A stretch of DNA of 64,000 nucleotides from IMG/VR virus record IMGVR_UViG_3300045988_081755; one strand, given 5' to 3'. The DNA is from a virus. Made by a program: the position numbers and the translations under genes. Shown in pieces: positions 53,403 through 62,030 of the stretch (position 1 is its first letter; each line of letters starts with the position of its first letter). The notes beneath the pieces are model-generated. The model did no database searches, was not told the origin of the DNA, and was given only the letters and a program-made list of their open reading frames with translations.

Positions 53403-53563
53403 GAATCGGGAGTGATTGTAAGAAAATCTTTTTTCATGATTCTTTAATTTTAAATTCAACGAAATTATTTATGCTATTGACGTCAATTATAGCCGATTTA
53501 AGAGGTTAAAAGTATGCCCCGAACAAATTATCCGGAGCACACCTTTGATTATCGCTTAGAGCC

Positions 53564-54835
53564 TTATAAGACGACCGCAAGGCTTGATACCACGTCCTCG
53601 AAGTATTTAATATCTTGGATGTGAACTTCACCCTTGATATATTTCTGAAGACGTTGGTGAATATCCGCAGCCGACGGAATCATCATTATAGGAGATGTTA
53701 CAGGTGCGGAAGCAATTACCACACAGGAATGTTCTCGGATACGCTGTTCCTTTTCGTTTTCCGTAACCGTATAAGTTACGAGAAAATGGGGAGTTTCCAT
53801 ATCGTCAGAATTGAGTTCCTTCATGTATTCTTTCGGCTGATGGTTTTCAGCTCCGTTCAGATATGAAAGATATTCCCAGTAAATAGGAAGCATTTCATAT
53901 TCCCCAAACATGAAGTTCTGAACCATCTTCATCAGATAACGTTCAGCCTCTTTGTCGGTAAAACCTTTCTGAATGGGGAACTCATTGATGTACATGAACG
54001 ATTTTCGCTTTGTCTCGTCAGAGTTCACCGGAGTAACCAACACAGCGATACGAGCCATACACAGGTCAGAAGTCGGGTCGGACTCTTTTACGATACGATA
54101 TCCAGGAATAGGACAGTCATCGAAGTCACGAGTGTCTTCAGGGGTGTCGGGGTTATCCAGTTCACCGATTGCGCTTAGAACCTGTTTCCCACGAACCAAA
54201 GCTGGAATCCATGCTGTACGGTCTTCGTTATCGTCACTTGTGCGTGCCCAAATCATCTTTTCTTCAGGAGCTTTTTCCTCTGGTGTGAATAGGTTGCCCT
54301 CAGGAGTCTTGACGTACCGTTCAATCTCTTTATCGGTCATGCCCTGTGGGTCGAGTTCGTGAACCAATGTAACTCCTAACAATTCCCAGCCCATACCGTC
54401 CGGCTCTGCGTTTATGGCTTTCTTGAAGTCCTGAATCAGGTTGTCCGTGAGCAATGCGGGTGCGGGTAACAAGTAGGATTTTTGAATGATACGTGTACCG
54501 AATTGACCTACCTTTCCGAACTTGCCTTCGTAAATGTAAATCTTCTTCCCGTCAAGAGACTGGGGTTGATACGGCTTTGCGCCTGACAATTTCTTCGAAC
54601 GGCATGCCTGACATTCATCATCGCAAGCGGTTGAGGTGAAGCAATAGTTCGGATACTGTTTAGATGTGGAAACAGCATGAAGAGGTGTGCCCCCTACATG
54701 ACCAATCTTAAGATACGACAAGCAAAGGTCATACATCAAGTCGGCATCGGTTTCCTCTGTAACGTTTACAGGCATTTGAAACTTCTGCGGTCTGCCGTCT
54801 GGGTCGGCATAGATAAAATTATAAACTACTTTCAT
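53564..54835 (-). CDS. hypothetical protein (423 aa)
   Basis: The start was moved to the ATG at 54835 (GATTATG context); the tracked start at 54892 is TTG. No motif recognised. Confidence 0.45.
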   Translation of the reverse strand: MKVVYNFIYADPDGRPQKFQMPVNVTEETDADLMYDLCLSYLKIGHVGGTPLHAVSTSKQYPNYCFTSTACDDECQACRSKKLSGAKPYQPQSLDGKKIYIYEGKFGKVGQFGTRIIQKSYLLPAPALLTDNLIQDFKKAINAEPDGMGWELLGVTLVHELDPQGMTDKEIERYVKTPEGNLFTPEEKAPEEKMIWARTSDDNEDRTAWIPALVRGKQVLSAIGELDNPDTPEDTRDFDDCPIPGYRIVKESDPTSDLCMARIAVLVTPVNSDETKRKSFMYINEFPIQKGFTDKEAERYLMKMVQNFMFGEYEMLPIYWEYLSYLNGAENHQPKEYMKELNSDDMETPHFLVTYTVTENEKEQRIREHSCVVIASAPVTSPIMMIPSAADIHQRLQKYIKGEVHIQDIKYFEDVVSSLAVVL

Positions 54836-54860
54836 AATCGGAAATGAATTTAGGATGTTG

Positions 54861-55265
54861 TTAAATTTGGATTGAATAAACCGGAGTATCAAACATCGAT
54901 ACTTTTCCGGGAACGAGTTTCTTTTGTTTCATGTCAGGAACTTGAAACATAACGGGAGTCGCATGATGTTCCGGAACGTGTTTAAAACGTTCGAAATACA
55001 ACTCAATGGCATTGAGAGTTGTGATGGCTGAGACTTGTGCCATTTCAGCCTCCTCTTTTGAGCCGTACAGGGAAGAAAACAGCCTTTCGCCTGTAACTAA
55101 TAAGATGGAGAAGCGAAACTTTCCCTTGGGAGATGTTAGAGCGTTCACCTGACTGACCTCTTTGATATTTTCAATTCGGTAGGCTTTCTGAACCTCAACG
55201 AGCTCGTCTCGCTTGGCAGCAGCTTCTTCGATTGGGGTGACCCATGATTTAATGAATATAAGCAT
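54861..55265 (-). CDS. hypothetical protein
   Basis: 134-aa ORF with a GATTATG start. Confidence 0.45.
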   Translation of the reverse strand: MLIFIKSWVTPIEEAAAKRDELVEVQKAYRIENIKEVSQVNALTSPKGKFRFSILLVTGERLFSSLYGSKEEAEMAQVSAITTLNAIELYFERFKHVPEHHATPVMFQVPDMKQKKLVPGKVSMFDTPVYSIQI

Positions 55266-55297
55266 AATCTTCGATTTTAAATTACAATGAAATAACG

Positions 55298-55654
55298 CTA
55301 TTCGACAGGACTGTCACCAGTAATCTCATAAATATTTCCATCCACCTGTTTGTAAGGAGTGAGGTCATCCGTTACCTGTATGAGTTCACACGGCTTGTCG
55401 TTGAAATACACAGCTTTCGTAGACCAATCTTCCAAGTTTCTGATGTAGATGTAAGCCACGATATCCTTACTGATATACCACTGGATTTTGCATACAAAAT
55501 CTTTGTGATGATTGAAGAAATGATACCACGTTACAATGTTCCAGAACAGTTCTTCCTCACCAGCGTCTTTGAAAGACACGTATTGAGCAGGGAAGATGAG
55601 GTGGCTGTACCACCACCTCATGAACCACCCCAATTTATTCTTCCGTTTTTGCAT
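55298..55654 (-). CDS. hypothetical protein
   Basis: 118-aa Trp/Tyr-rich ORF that overlaps the upstream gene. Confidence 0.45.
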   Translation of the reverse strand: MQKRKNKLGWFMRWWYSHLIFPAQYVSFKDAGEEELFWNIVTWYHFFNHHKDFVCKIQWYISKDIVAYIYIRNLEDWSTKAVYFNDKPCELIQVTDDLTPYKQVDGNIYEITGDSPVE

Positions 55655-56267
55655 TCTTGAGAGTTTCTTTTAAATCAGGTTTCAATGTCGCACGAATATT
55701 TTCGATAGTGTCACACAGGTTCGACGCTGGTTTCTTAGCATCGTCGTTCTTTTCATTCCAATCAGCCGTAATGATGTCCATATAGATGAGATACGCTTCC
55801 GGAAACTCTTCCTGAAGTCTGGCTGGTGTGAACCGTGTTTGTTTCATCAGGCACTTCAGACGCTTTTCCATGTGGTAGCGTTCTTTCTCTTCTTTGAGAT
55901 ACTCCTGAACCAAAAGAGCGATTTCATCATTGTCCTTGAGTTTACCAACATACGATTCGACCTTTTCATCCTCATAAGGTATTTCACAGGAAAATTTCAG
56001 GTGAATGTAGATAGTACGGCTTCCCCAATCTTCCGGGAACCATCCCTTCGGAAAGTTATAGGAGGAGAGCGTCGCTTCGTTACAGCGGAGGAAGAACTTC
56101 TTATGTGCTTTGAAACAAGCCAGAACGTCCTCAGGTGTCTTTCCGATAAACCGTTTCTCGATAGCTTCATTGAGCTTTTCCTGGAGAGCGTCGAGCTTCT
56201 CTTTGTAGTTCAAATTTGCCAACCGTGTGGCAATCGTCAATCTGGTGTCTTCTGCAATTACTGCCAT
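55635..56267 (-). CDS. hypothetical protein
   Basis: 210-aa ORF in the operon. Confidence 0.45.
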   Translation of the reverse strand: MAVIAEDTRLTIATRLANLNYKEKLDALQEKLNEAIEKRFIGKTPEDVLACFKAHKKFFLRCNEATLSSYNFPKGWFPEDWGSRTIYIHLKFSCEIPYEDEKVESYVGKLKDNDEIALLVQEYLKEEKERYHMEKRLKCLMKQTRFTPARLQEEFPEAYLIYMDIITADWNEKNDDAKKPASNLCDTIENIRATLKPDLKETLKNAKTEE

Positions 56268-56273
56268 GTCGTT

Positions 56274-57038
56274 CTACTTTTTAGGGTTCATATTCAAAAT
56301 CTTTGCTTTCGGTTGTGGCTCTGGACGCTGTTCAGGTTCTTTCGGGCATTCCCACAGTTGAGGAACATAGGTGAAGCGAGCCTTCGGGTCGGGCGAAGCC
56401 TGTTGCAAGAAAGCCACTTTCTCCATCGCCTCGCTCTCTTTGAGAGCCTCTAAGAGATTATCGTCCGTGTCCTTAACAACTTCACCAGAGTGCATATCAA
56501 TCACCTTAAACAGAGGCTCAGGGAGCTCCATGTTAGTGAACTCTGTAACGTCGAGATAATCACAGCCAAAGTTCTCAGCCGTTTTCAGGTCGCTGTCGCT
56601 GAACTGTCCTTCCAGACCAGAGGCGTCACCTATCATTAGGCACTCTTCCTTGCTGATTTCCAACCCTGTATTCTCACAGAATTCTTTCAGCATATTCTCA
56701 AGCATTCCTGGGTTCGGTTTACGGTCAGGACATTCCTTAGCATTGTAGGGACAGAACTGCCCAGCGACAAGTGTATTCAAGCCGATGAACGACTGAAGAG
56801 ATGCGATGACGTAAATGAATTTCGGTTGAAACATAGCTGGGTGAACATGACCCATTTCAATTCCACCCTGATTAGATACGATGAGAACAGCCTGTGGATG
56901 AAGTTTCTTGAGCTGCGCAAAAACCTCCATTTTCAGTTTCATGTCCCAGACTCCTTCCGGGAACGTTTTTCCGGATTCGGTATCGATGAGCGTACCGTCC
57001 AAGTCGATGAAGATAACTTTCTTCTTTGTAATGTCCAT
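56274..57038 (-). CDS. HAD-IIIA phosphatase (polynucleotide 3'-phosphatase / GmhB-like)
   Basis: Motif I FIDLDGTL, motif II VSNQ, motif III RKPNPGM and motif IV MIGDASG. Confidence 0.7.
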   Translation of the reverse strand: MDITKKKVIFIDLDGTLIDTESGKTFPEGVWDMKLKMEVFAQLKKLHPQAVLIVSNQGGIEMGHVHPAMFQPKFIYVIASLQSFIGLNTLVAGQFCPYNAKECPDRKPNPGMLENMLKEFCENTGLEISKEECLMIGDASGLEGQFSDSDLKTAENFGCDYLDVTEFTNMELPEPLFKVIDMHSGEVVKDTDDNLLEALKESEAMEKVAFLQQASPDPKARFTYVPQLWECPKEPEQRPEPQPKAKILNMNPKK

Positions 57039-57093
57039 AATCTTGTTTTAAAAAATGTTACTGATAAATATACGTGAAATCCAAGGAGTTCGA

Positions 57094-57333
57094 TTAGAAC
57101 TCCACGAATATTAATCTAAATTTGCTTCCAGGTTCGCAAACCCACATATGGGATGAACCAAACCCGAAGGAGAAATAACGGTTCAAAGATGGGTGGCGTT
57201 CCTGAAGAATTTTCATACAGTAACGAAGTCCGTCTTCTGTTTCAGAAGAAGTGATGTTGTTTAGGATTTCAGCGAAAATTTCAACTGATTTACTTTCCAT
57301 GTTTAGGAGAACTGATTCAACTGTTGCTTTCAT
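57094..57333 (-). CDS. hypothetical protein
   Basis: 79-aa ORF preceded by a TACCTTTG box and an A10 leader. Confidence 0.45.
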   Translation of the reverse strand: MKATVESVLLNMESKSVEIFAEILNNITSSETEDGLRYCMKILQERHPSLNRYFSFGFGSSHMWVCEPGSKFRLIFVEF

Positions 57334-57368
57334 GACTTTACTGTTTTTTTTTTAATTGATTTACACAA

Positions 57369-57376
57369 CAAAGGTA
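57369..57376 (-). promoter_or_regulatory. -7 promoter element TACCTTTG
   Basis: Exact TAnnTTTG directly after terminator copy 2. Confidence 0.4.
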
Positions 57377-57389
57377 ATGGATTCTCAGA

Positions 57390-57435
57390 AGACTGCAAAG
57401 AAAATCCCGGAATTTCTTCCGGGAAATCTTTGAGA
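57390..57435 (-). terminator. 46-bp terminator module, copy 2
   Basis: Identical to 52714-52759. It shows that the tracked ORF 57330..57554 is spurious. Confidence 0.6.
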
Positions 57436-57465
57436 ATGTCTAAAATTAGTTCCCTTATAATACGT

Positions 57466-57774
57466 TTACTTTCTCCGTCGATGGGTTTTCTTCGTCTTGT
57501 TTTTCTTCCTGTCTTTCCGGATTCTTTCTTCATTACGACCATGTTTCGAGCCACCTTTACCCATTCGTGGTAGGTCGTAGAGAGTAATGTCAGGAATATC
57601 AGGTCGAGGATAAATCGTGTACACCTGTTCAGGGATACGGGTTGGCTCGTACTCTTCTTTCTTTATATCCTCTACTCTGACAAGTTCAACGTCATGTTCC
57701 TGAGCCATTCTTATAGCTGCTTCCGGAATAGCTCCGGCTCTTCCAACGATTATTCCAATGCGTTTTCCTTCCAT
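57466..57774 (-). CDS. hypothetical protein with strongly basic tail
   Basis: 102-aa ORF ending in RKDRKKNKTKKTHRRRK. Confidence 0.45.
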   Translation of the reverse strand: MEGKRIGIIVGRAGAIPEAAIRMAQEHDVELVRVEDIKKEEYEPTRIPEQVYTIYPRPDIPDITLYDLPRMGKGGSKHGRNEERIRKDRKKNKTKKTHRRRK

Positions 57775-58268
57775 CAGTATCTCCTTTCTTCTCCGATGAT
57801 TAATAGAAGACCGTCCTTCATGTCCTCGACAATAAAATAACCGCCTCTAATCTTATCAGCACCCGTCATGTAGGAAAGAACCAAGCCTCTCTCAAGTGCG
57901 AGCGAGCGGATACGTTCACACATCTTCTGGGGAATTGTACTATCCTCGCTGTTTGTAATCGTTATGAGAACCGCAGCACCCTCCTTGCGGTCGTAGCCTG
58001 TAATCAAGTAGTTCGTACCGTCATCAAGATGAGCATCCGCACAATACAGTATCTCCCCAGCCAGCTCTGATGTTCGGGGTTCAAGTCCTGTGGCTTGAGA
58101 CAGGTTCAGGATAGAACTTTCAAGATTTTGAGAGGAGCGTTCAGCCATACGTTCTGAAAATTCTATCATAGACTTCACTGAAAGTTCTACGAGTGTGTCC
58201 TGATTAACACGTTTCCCACAGCCTGTAAGTAGGAGCAGGAAGATTGAAATGGTTGCTAACTGTTTCAT
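57774..58268 (-). CDS. lipoprotein
   Basis: MKQLATISIFLLLLTGCGKR is a signal peptide with a lipobox. Confidence 0.55.
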   Translation of the reverse strand: MKQLATISIFLLLLTGCGKRVNQDTLVELSVKSMIEFSERMAERSSQNLESSILNLSQATGLEPRTSELAGEILYCADAHLDDGTNYLITGYDRKEGAAVLITITNSEDSTIPQKMCERIRSLALERGLVLSYMTGADKIRGGYFIVEDMKDGLLLIIGEERRY

Positions 58269-58654
58269 AATCTATAAATTTCTTCGTTCATCATGTGCCT
58301 GTCAAAAGGACTGGCGTCTAATTTCACGTTCGCTCTATCATACTGTCGTAGGAAACGAGCGATTTCCATCATGTCTCGGTTTCCGAGGTCGATGAATTTA
58401 ATGTAGTCGGTCTTCGTACCCTGTAAAGATACGACCGCCCATGAGCCTGAACGATGATGAACATCAACTGAAACATCAATGTTCCCCATCAGTTTTCGGA
58501 TACGTTCCGCATGAACCTCAGCTTCCTGAGTCGCACACTTTTGCCTGTGGATTAATCCCTTTAAATCCGATTCCAATTTATTCATTCTTTCGAAGTCCTC
58601 TTTGAACAACCAAAAGAACAATTTACGAAGCCACTGTCGAATTAACTTTTTCAT
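58265..58654 (-). CDS. hypothetical protein
   Basis: The tracked start at 58738 is TTG. The first ATG, at 58654, gives MKKLIRQWLRKLFFWLF... (129 aa). The true start is uncertain. Confidence 0.4.
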   Translation of the reverse strand: MKKLIRQWLRKLFFWLFKEDFERMNKLESDLKGLIHRQKCATQEAEVHAERIRKLMGNIDVSVDVHHRSGSWAVVSLQGTKTDYIKFIDLGNRDMMEIARFLRQYDRANVKLDASPFDRHMMNEEIYRL

Positions 58655-58991
58655 TTTGTTTTTCTTTATTAGTTGCTTTCTTTGGTTGCTCTTCAGGATA
58701 GTGAAGCTCTTTCTCAATTGATTTACTTTCGTAATCAATGAATTCTTTCTTCTTCCGAAGGCTCATTTCCATAGCCTGTTGAATAGCTGGGCGAACGAAC
58801 TTGTCAAAGGCTTCCCCGTCAAGGAAGGCTTCGAATCCGTGGTTGCCACCAAGCGTCGTAATGTTTACGAAACAACCGCTTCCCATCAGGGAGCCACGCT
58901 TCCAGTCTTTCTTCCAAGCTCTCAACTTGGCGAGTAGCGAAGCCGTCGTTTGGGCTGTCGTTTCTTTGAGTTTCCTTTCAAATTTATTCAT
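58623..58991 (-). CDS. hypothetical protein
   Basis: 122-aa ORF. Confidence 0.4.
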   Translation of the reverse strand: MNKFERKLKETTAQTTASLLAKLRAWKKDWKRGSLMGSGCFVNITTLGGNHGFEAFLDGEAFDKFVRPAIQQAMEMSLRKKKEFIDYESKSIEKELHYPEEQPKKATNKEKQNEKVNSTVAS

Positions 58992-59736
58992 CTTTCTTTC
59001 CTTTATTGTTTACACCGTACCCAAATAGAGCGAAATCACATTTACACGGGTCTAACGGATAGACCTCGCGACAGTTAGTAGTGAGCTCAAGCACTGTATT
59101 CATGCTATCGCCTTTACCCTTTATGAGACCCAATTGACGACCAACGTTTGCGACGTGAGTGTCAAGCGGAATCATCAACCATGATGGAGGGATTAAACTC
59201 CAGATTCCTAAATCAACCGGACTGTTCTTTCTCACCATCCAGCGCAAAAACATATTTAGACGCTTGCAAGCCGACTTCGTGTCCTGGGGGATACCTTTCA
59301 CTCCAGGGAACAGGGTTATCAGCGCATAAAGATAATCTGTGGCGCAGCCGGAACGACAATACGCTTTGGATACAGCCTCTTCCATGTCCTCATTCTCATC
59401 GTAGATTTTCTTGAGTGCCTTACATAGTTCAGCGAAGTCGCCCCACTTGAAGAAGCGGTACATGGTTTCTTCTGAACCAACGTACTTCCTCCAGACCATA
59501 TTCTTGATATACATATAGGGAGTATATCGTTCCATGTCAGCGAACAGGCTCTCACAGGTTGAGAGGATTGCCTTTCGGTTCCCATACGCTAACCACGCAG
59601 CGATGAACCCTACTATTTCCTGAGAACATTTGTAACCAAACTTCCGAGGGAACTGTACAGGGTCGTCAGCTACGAATTCCGGCTTCTCGTACTGTTCAGC
59701 CAGCTTCATAATCAGATGTCTTGTTTTTGTTTCCAT
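58984..59736 (-). CDS. DUF2400 / TIGR02757-like protein
   Basis: The N-terminal pattern YEKPEFVADDPVQFPRKF...EIVGFIAAWLAYGNRKAI matches the family as I recall it. Biochemical role unknown. Confidence 0.5.
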   Translation of the reverse strand: METKTRHLIMKLAEQYEKPEFVADDPVQFPRKFGYKCSQEIVGFIAAWLAYGNRKAILSTCESLFADMERYTPYMYIKNMVWRKYVGSEETMYRFFKWGDFAELCKALKKIYDENEDMEEAVSKAYCRSGCATDYLYALITLFPGVKGIPQDTKSACKRLNMFLRWMVRKNSPVDLGIWSLIPPSWLMIPLDTHVANVGRQLGLIKGKGDSMNTVLELTTNCREVYPLDPCKCDFALFGYGVNNKGKKDE

Positions 59737-59739
59737 ACC

Positions 59740-60174
59740 TTATAAGTCATTAAATTTCACTTGATTGTTATGAAGGAGTTTCGTGAACTCAGCTCCGTCC
59801 CACCACTTGATGGTGAAGTGTTCTATCAACTCACGATAGGTTTCTTCCCCTGTCAGATTACCCTTTTCGAGTTCGTCCGTAATCTTATAGGGAAATCTCA
59901 TGTCAAGAATGTACAGGTTCAAGGATGGTCTTTCGAGAACCGCTCGAAGATACCGCCCATTGATGTTGAACTCTGTTAGGAAGCCATAACAGAGCACATC
60001 GAAGAGAAGCCAATATGTCTTCCCGTCTTTTGAGTAAACTCTGTGTTCTTTTCCTTTCGTTCGGTGTGGGTCAATACCTGCATTCTTGAACACCCGTGAT
60101 ATGCAGCCCACGTGTACGAAAGCGTCAAGATGACGCTGTACTTCAATTCCTGCTGGGATAAATTTCTTTGCCAT
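59740..60174 (-). CDS. hypothetical protein
   Basis: 144-aa ORF. Confidence 0.45.
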   Translation of the reverse strand: MAKKFIPAGIEVQRHLDAFVHVGCISRVFKNAGIDPHRTKGKEHRVYSKDGKTYWLLFDVLCYGFLTEFNINGRYLRAVLERPSLNLYILDMRFPYKITDELEKGNLTGEETYRELIEHFTIKWWDGAEFTKLLHNNQVKFNDL

Positions 60175-60188
60175 ATATTCTGTCTTAA

Positions 60189-60650
60189 TTATTCTTCATT
60201 CAAAGCAGCCATACACTCTTCATGAGCTTCCTTACAGGCTGCGTCCATGATATATTCCATGTTATCATACTCTGGACATTCCCTGACGGCTGTACCTGTT
60301 ACATCAACGTAGAGGCAACCACTCTCATCGCACTCGACAATAAACCATCCGTCATTATACATAACATAACCATCCTCGTAGATAGTCTGAATAAGTGTAC
60401 GTCCGTCTTTCATAGACGAAGAAGCGAGTTCGTAAGGACAGGTGATTGTGCCCTGTTCGGCTTGATTGATACGAGCCATCGCCACCAGAGCTACCTTTGC
60501 GAGCTCCCGACGTGATTCGATGTTATCAACATAGCGGTGAGTTCCTACTGGCTTGCTAAAATCTAAATTTTTGTAGTATCTATGACCTTTCATGACGTAC
60601 ACTTGTTTGATTTGACTGAGCAAATATACGTCGACTTTTCGAATATCCAA
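60189..60650 (-). CDS. hypothetical protein
   Basis: 153-aa ORF. The tracked start is TTG, and the first in-frame ATG is at 60593. Confidence 0.4.
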   Translation of the reverse strand: MDIRKVDVYLLSQIKQVYVMKGHRYYKNLDFSKPVGTHRYVDNIESRRELAKVALVAMARINQAEQGTITCPYELASSSMKDGRTLIQTIYEDGYVMYNDGWFIVECDESGCLYVDVTGTAVRECPEYDNMEYIMDAACKEAHEECMAALNEE

Positions 60651-60673
60651 TGAGTTCCTCGGGAATTTCTTGA

Positions 60674-60853
60674 TTATTTTCTTCGATTTTTCCTCAATTC
60701 GGCTCTGCGTTCTCTCCTACGAGCCTTTCCATCCTGAATTTTGAGTGAGCATTCACCAGACAGCCTGTACACTTCCGATTGAGTCTTACTAATTACGTGC
60801 TCACAGAACCCTGATAGGGTAACTGATGAGCTATGTTCCATTCTTTGGTTCAT
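60674..60853 (-). CDS. small basic ORF (59 aa), possible DNA-binding protein
   Basis: Just below the track cut-off. Sequence MNQRMEHSSSVTLSGFCEHVISKTQSEVYRLSGE...RRRERRAELRKNRRK. Confidence 0.3.
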   Translation of the reverse strand: MNQRMEHSSSVTLSGFCEHVISKTQSEVYRLSGECSLKIQDGKARRRERRAELRKNRRK

Positions 60854-61017
60854 TTTAGACGATTTAAGCGATTATAATTATAAAACGAGTAATTTGTACC
60901 AGCCAACAGAGGTAAATCTCGTAGAGCGACCACCAGTGGCTCCTATAAATCAGAAAGAGCTGAACCATTACAGCCCAACTCTTTCCTCACCTTATGAACA
61001 AAAAGTGCTCTCTCGAG

Positions 61018-61311
61018 TTATTTCTTCTTGCCTTTCTTCGGCTCAATCACTGTTTTCACAGTTTTAGAAGCCTTGAACGCCAATGTATGAGACTCCGGCA
61101 CGTTCATAGGTTTCTGAGTCAACGGATTCACACCCGTTTTTGCCGGATTGATTTTCTGTTTGAATTTACCGAACGGAAGGCTGATTTCATCGCCTTTCTC
61201 AACGCAAGTTTCAACGATTACCGGAGTAAGAGCGTCAATTACTTTTTCGGTATCTCTCTGGGTCATACCAGCTACTTCGGCAACTTTTGCCACGAATTCT
61301 GACTTTCTCAT
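61018..61311 (-). CDS. hup: HU/IHF-family DNA-binding protein
   Basis: MRKSEFVAKVAE...TQRDTEKVIDAL...ISLPFGKFKQKINPAKTGVNPLTQKPMNVPESHTLAFKASK is the canonical HU fold signature. Confidence 0.85.
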   Translation of the reverse strand: MRKSEFVAKVAEVAGMTQRDTEKVIDALTPVIVETCVEKGDEISLPFGKFKQKINPAKTGVNPLTQKPMNVPESHTLAFKASKTVKTVIEPKKGKKK

Positions 61312-61420
61312 TTTTGTTTTAATTTTAATGGATAAATAAATGTTTCAATTTTCAAACGTGTTTATATAACGTCGGTTTTCGTCAATCGGTTTTCTGTCAT
61401 CCCTGTAATCATTAGGATTC

Positions 61421-61978
61421 TCACCTGTCGGGAGTGAATACAGCGGACGTTCTCTTGCTATTTGCCCCACACATTCCAAGGAAGCGATAGGCAAGATTGA
61501 CAAGAAATGCTCTGTCTTTATTGCGCTGATATGCTATCTTCTTTCGAATCACGGACATCACCTGTGCATAACAGATACCATTCGAGAGCTGAATGTAGGT
61601 GTGGCTGAATTCTGTCACCACCCATACATTGATTAAGCGGTCTCCCCACTTGAAGATGTACGGCTTATGCTTCCATGTCACTTTGTCCATGAGCCGTTCA
61701 GCGTTCGAAAGATAATCCTCTTTATCTTTCATGAGATACATATTGTTTGCCTGAGAGTCTGATAGGAGCTTGAAGATATTCTTCTCCTGTTCAGGTGTAC
61801 AGATGACCTCCATGTCAATGTCGTGAGGTTCATCAACTTCCATTCCTAACTTATACAGGGCAAGAGACCCCACGATTAAGAACTTCATCCCATACGGTTC
61901 GAGAACCTGTTTACGGAACTCATCCAACGCTCGTTCAACTGGATTCGAGCTGTTTGTTGTTAAATCTGATGTAATCAT
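61421..61978 (-). CDS. nucleotidyltransferase-fold protein (tentative)
   Basis: FLIVGSLALYKLG...HDIDMEV resembles the GS...DxD minimal NTase motif. Confidence 0.35.
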   Translation of the reverse strand: MITSDLTTNSSNPVERALDEFRKQVLEPYGMKFLIVGSLALYKLGMEVDEPHDIDMEVICTPEQEKNIFKLLSDSQANNMYLMKDKEDYLSNAERLMDKVTWKHKPYIFKWGDRLINVWVVTEFSHTYIQLSNGICYAQVMSVIRKKIAYQRNKDRAFLVNLAYRFLGMCGANSKRTSAVFTPDR

Positions 61979-62030
61979 TTTCGAAATTATTTGATGTTTG
62001 ATAATGTTACGTGATTTCTCCGGTTATCGA

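Larger units (their letters stand above)
52770..53437 (-). pseudogene. paralogue of the BACON-repeat gene, broken by two poly-G tracts (phase-OFF or sequencing frameshifts)
   Basis: ATG 53437 gives MKKDFLTITPDSGGG. The G10 tract then shifts the frame to a stop at 53366-68. With G9 or G12 plus G7 or G10, one frame reads through to the tracked ORF 52770..53267. Confidence 0.6.

Noticed and set aside
57330-57554. Tracked 74-aa minus-strand ORF
   Set aside because: It spans the conserved 46-bp terminator and the following promoter box, and it overlaps the better-supported ORF 57466..57774.
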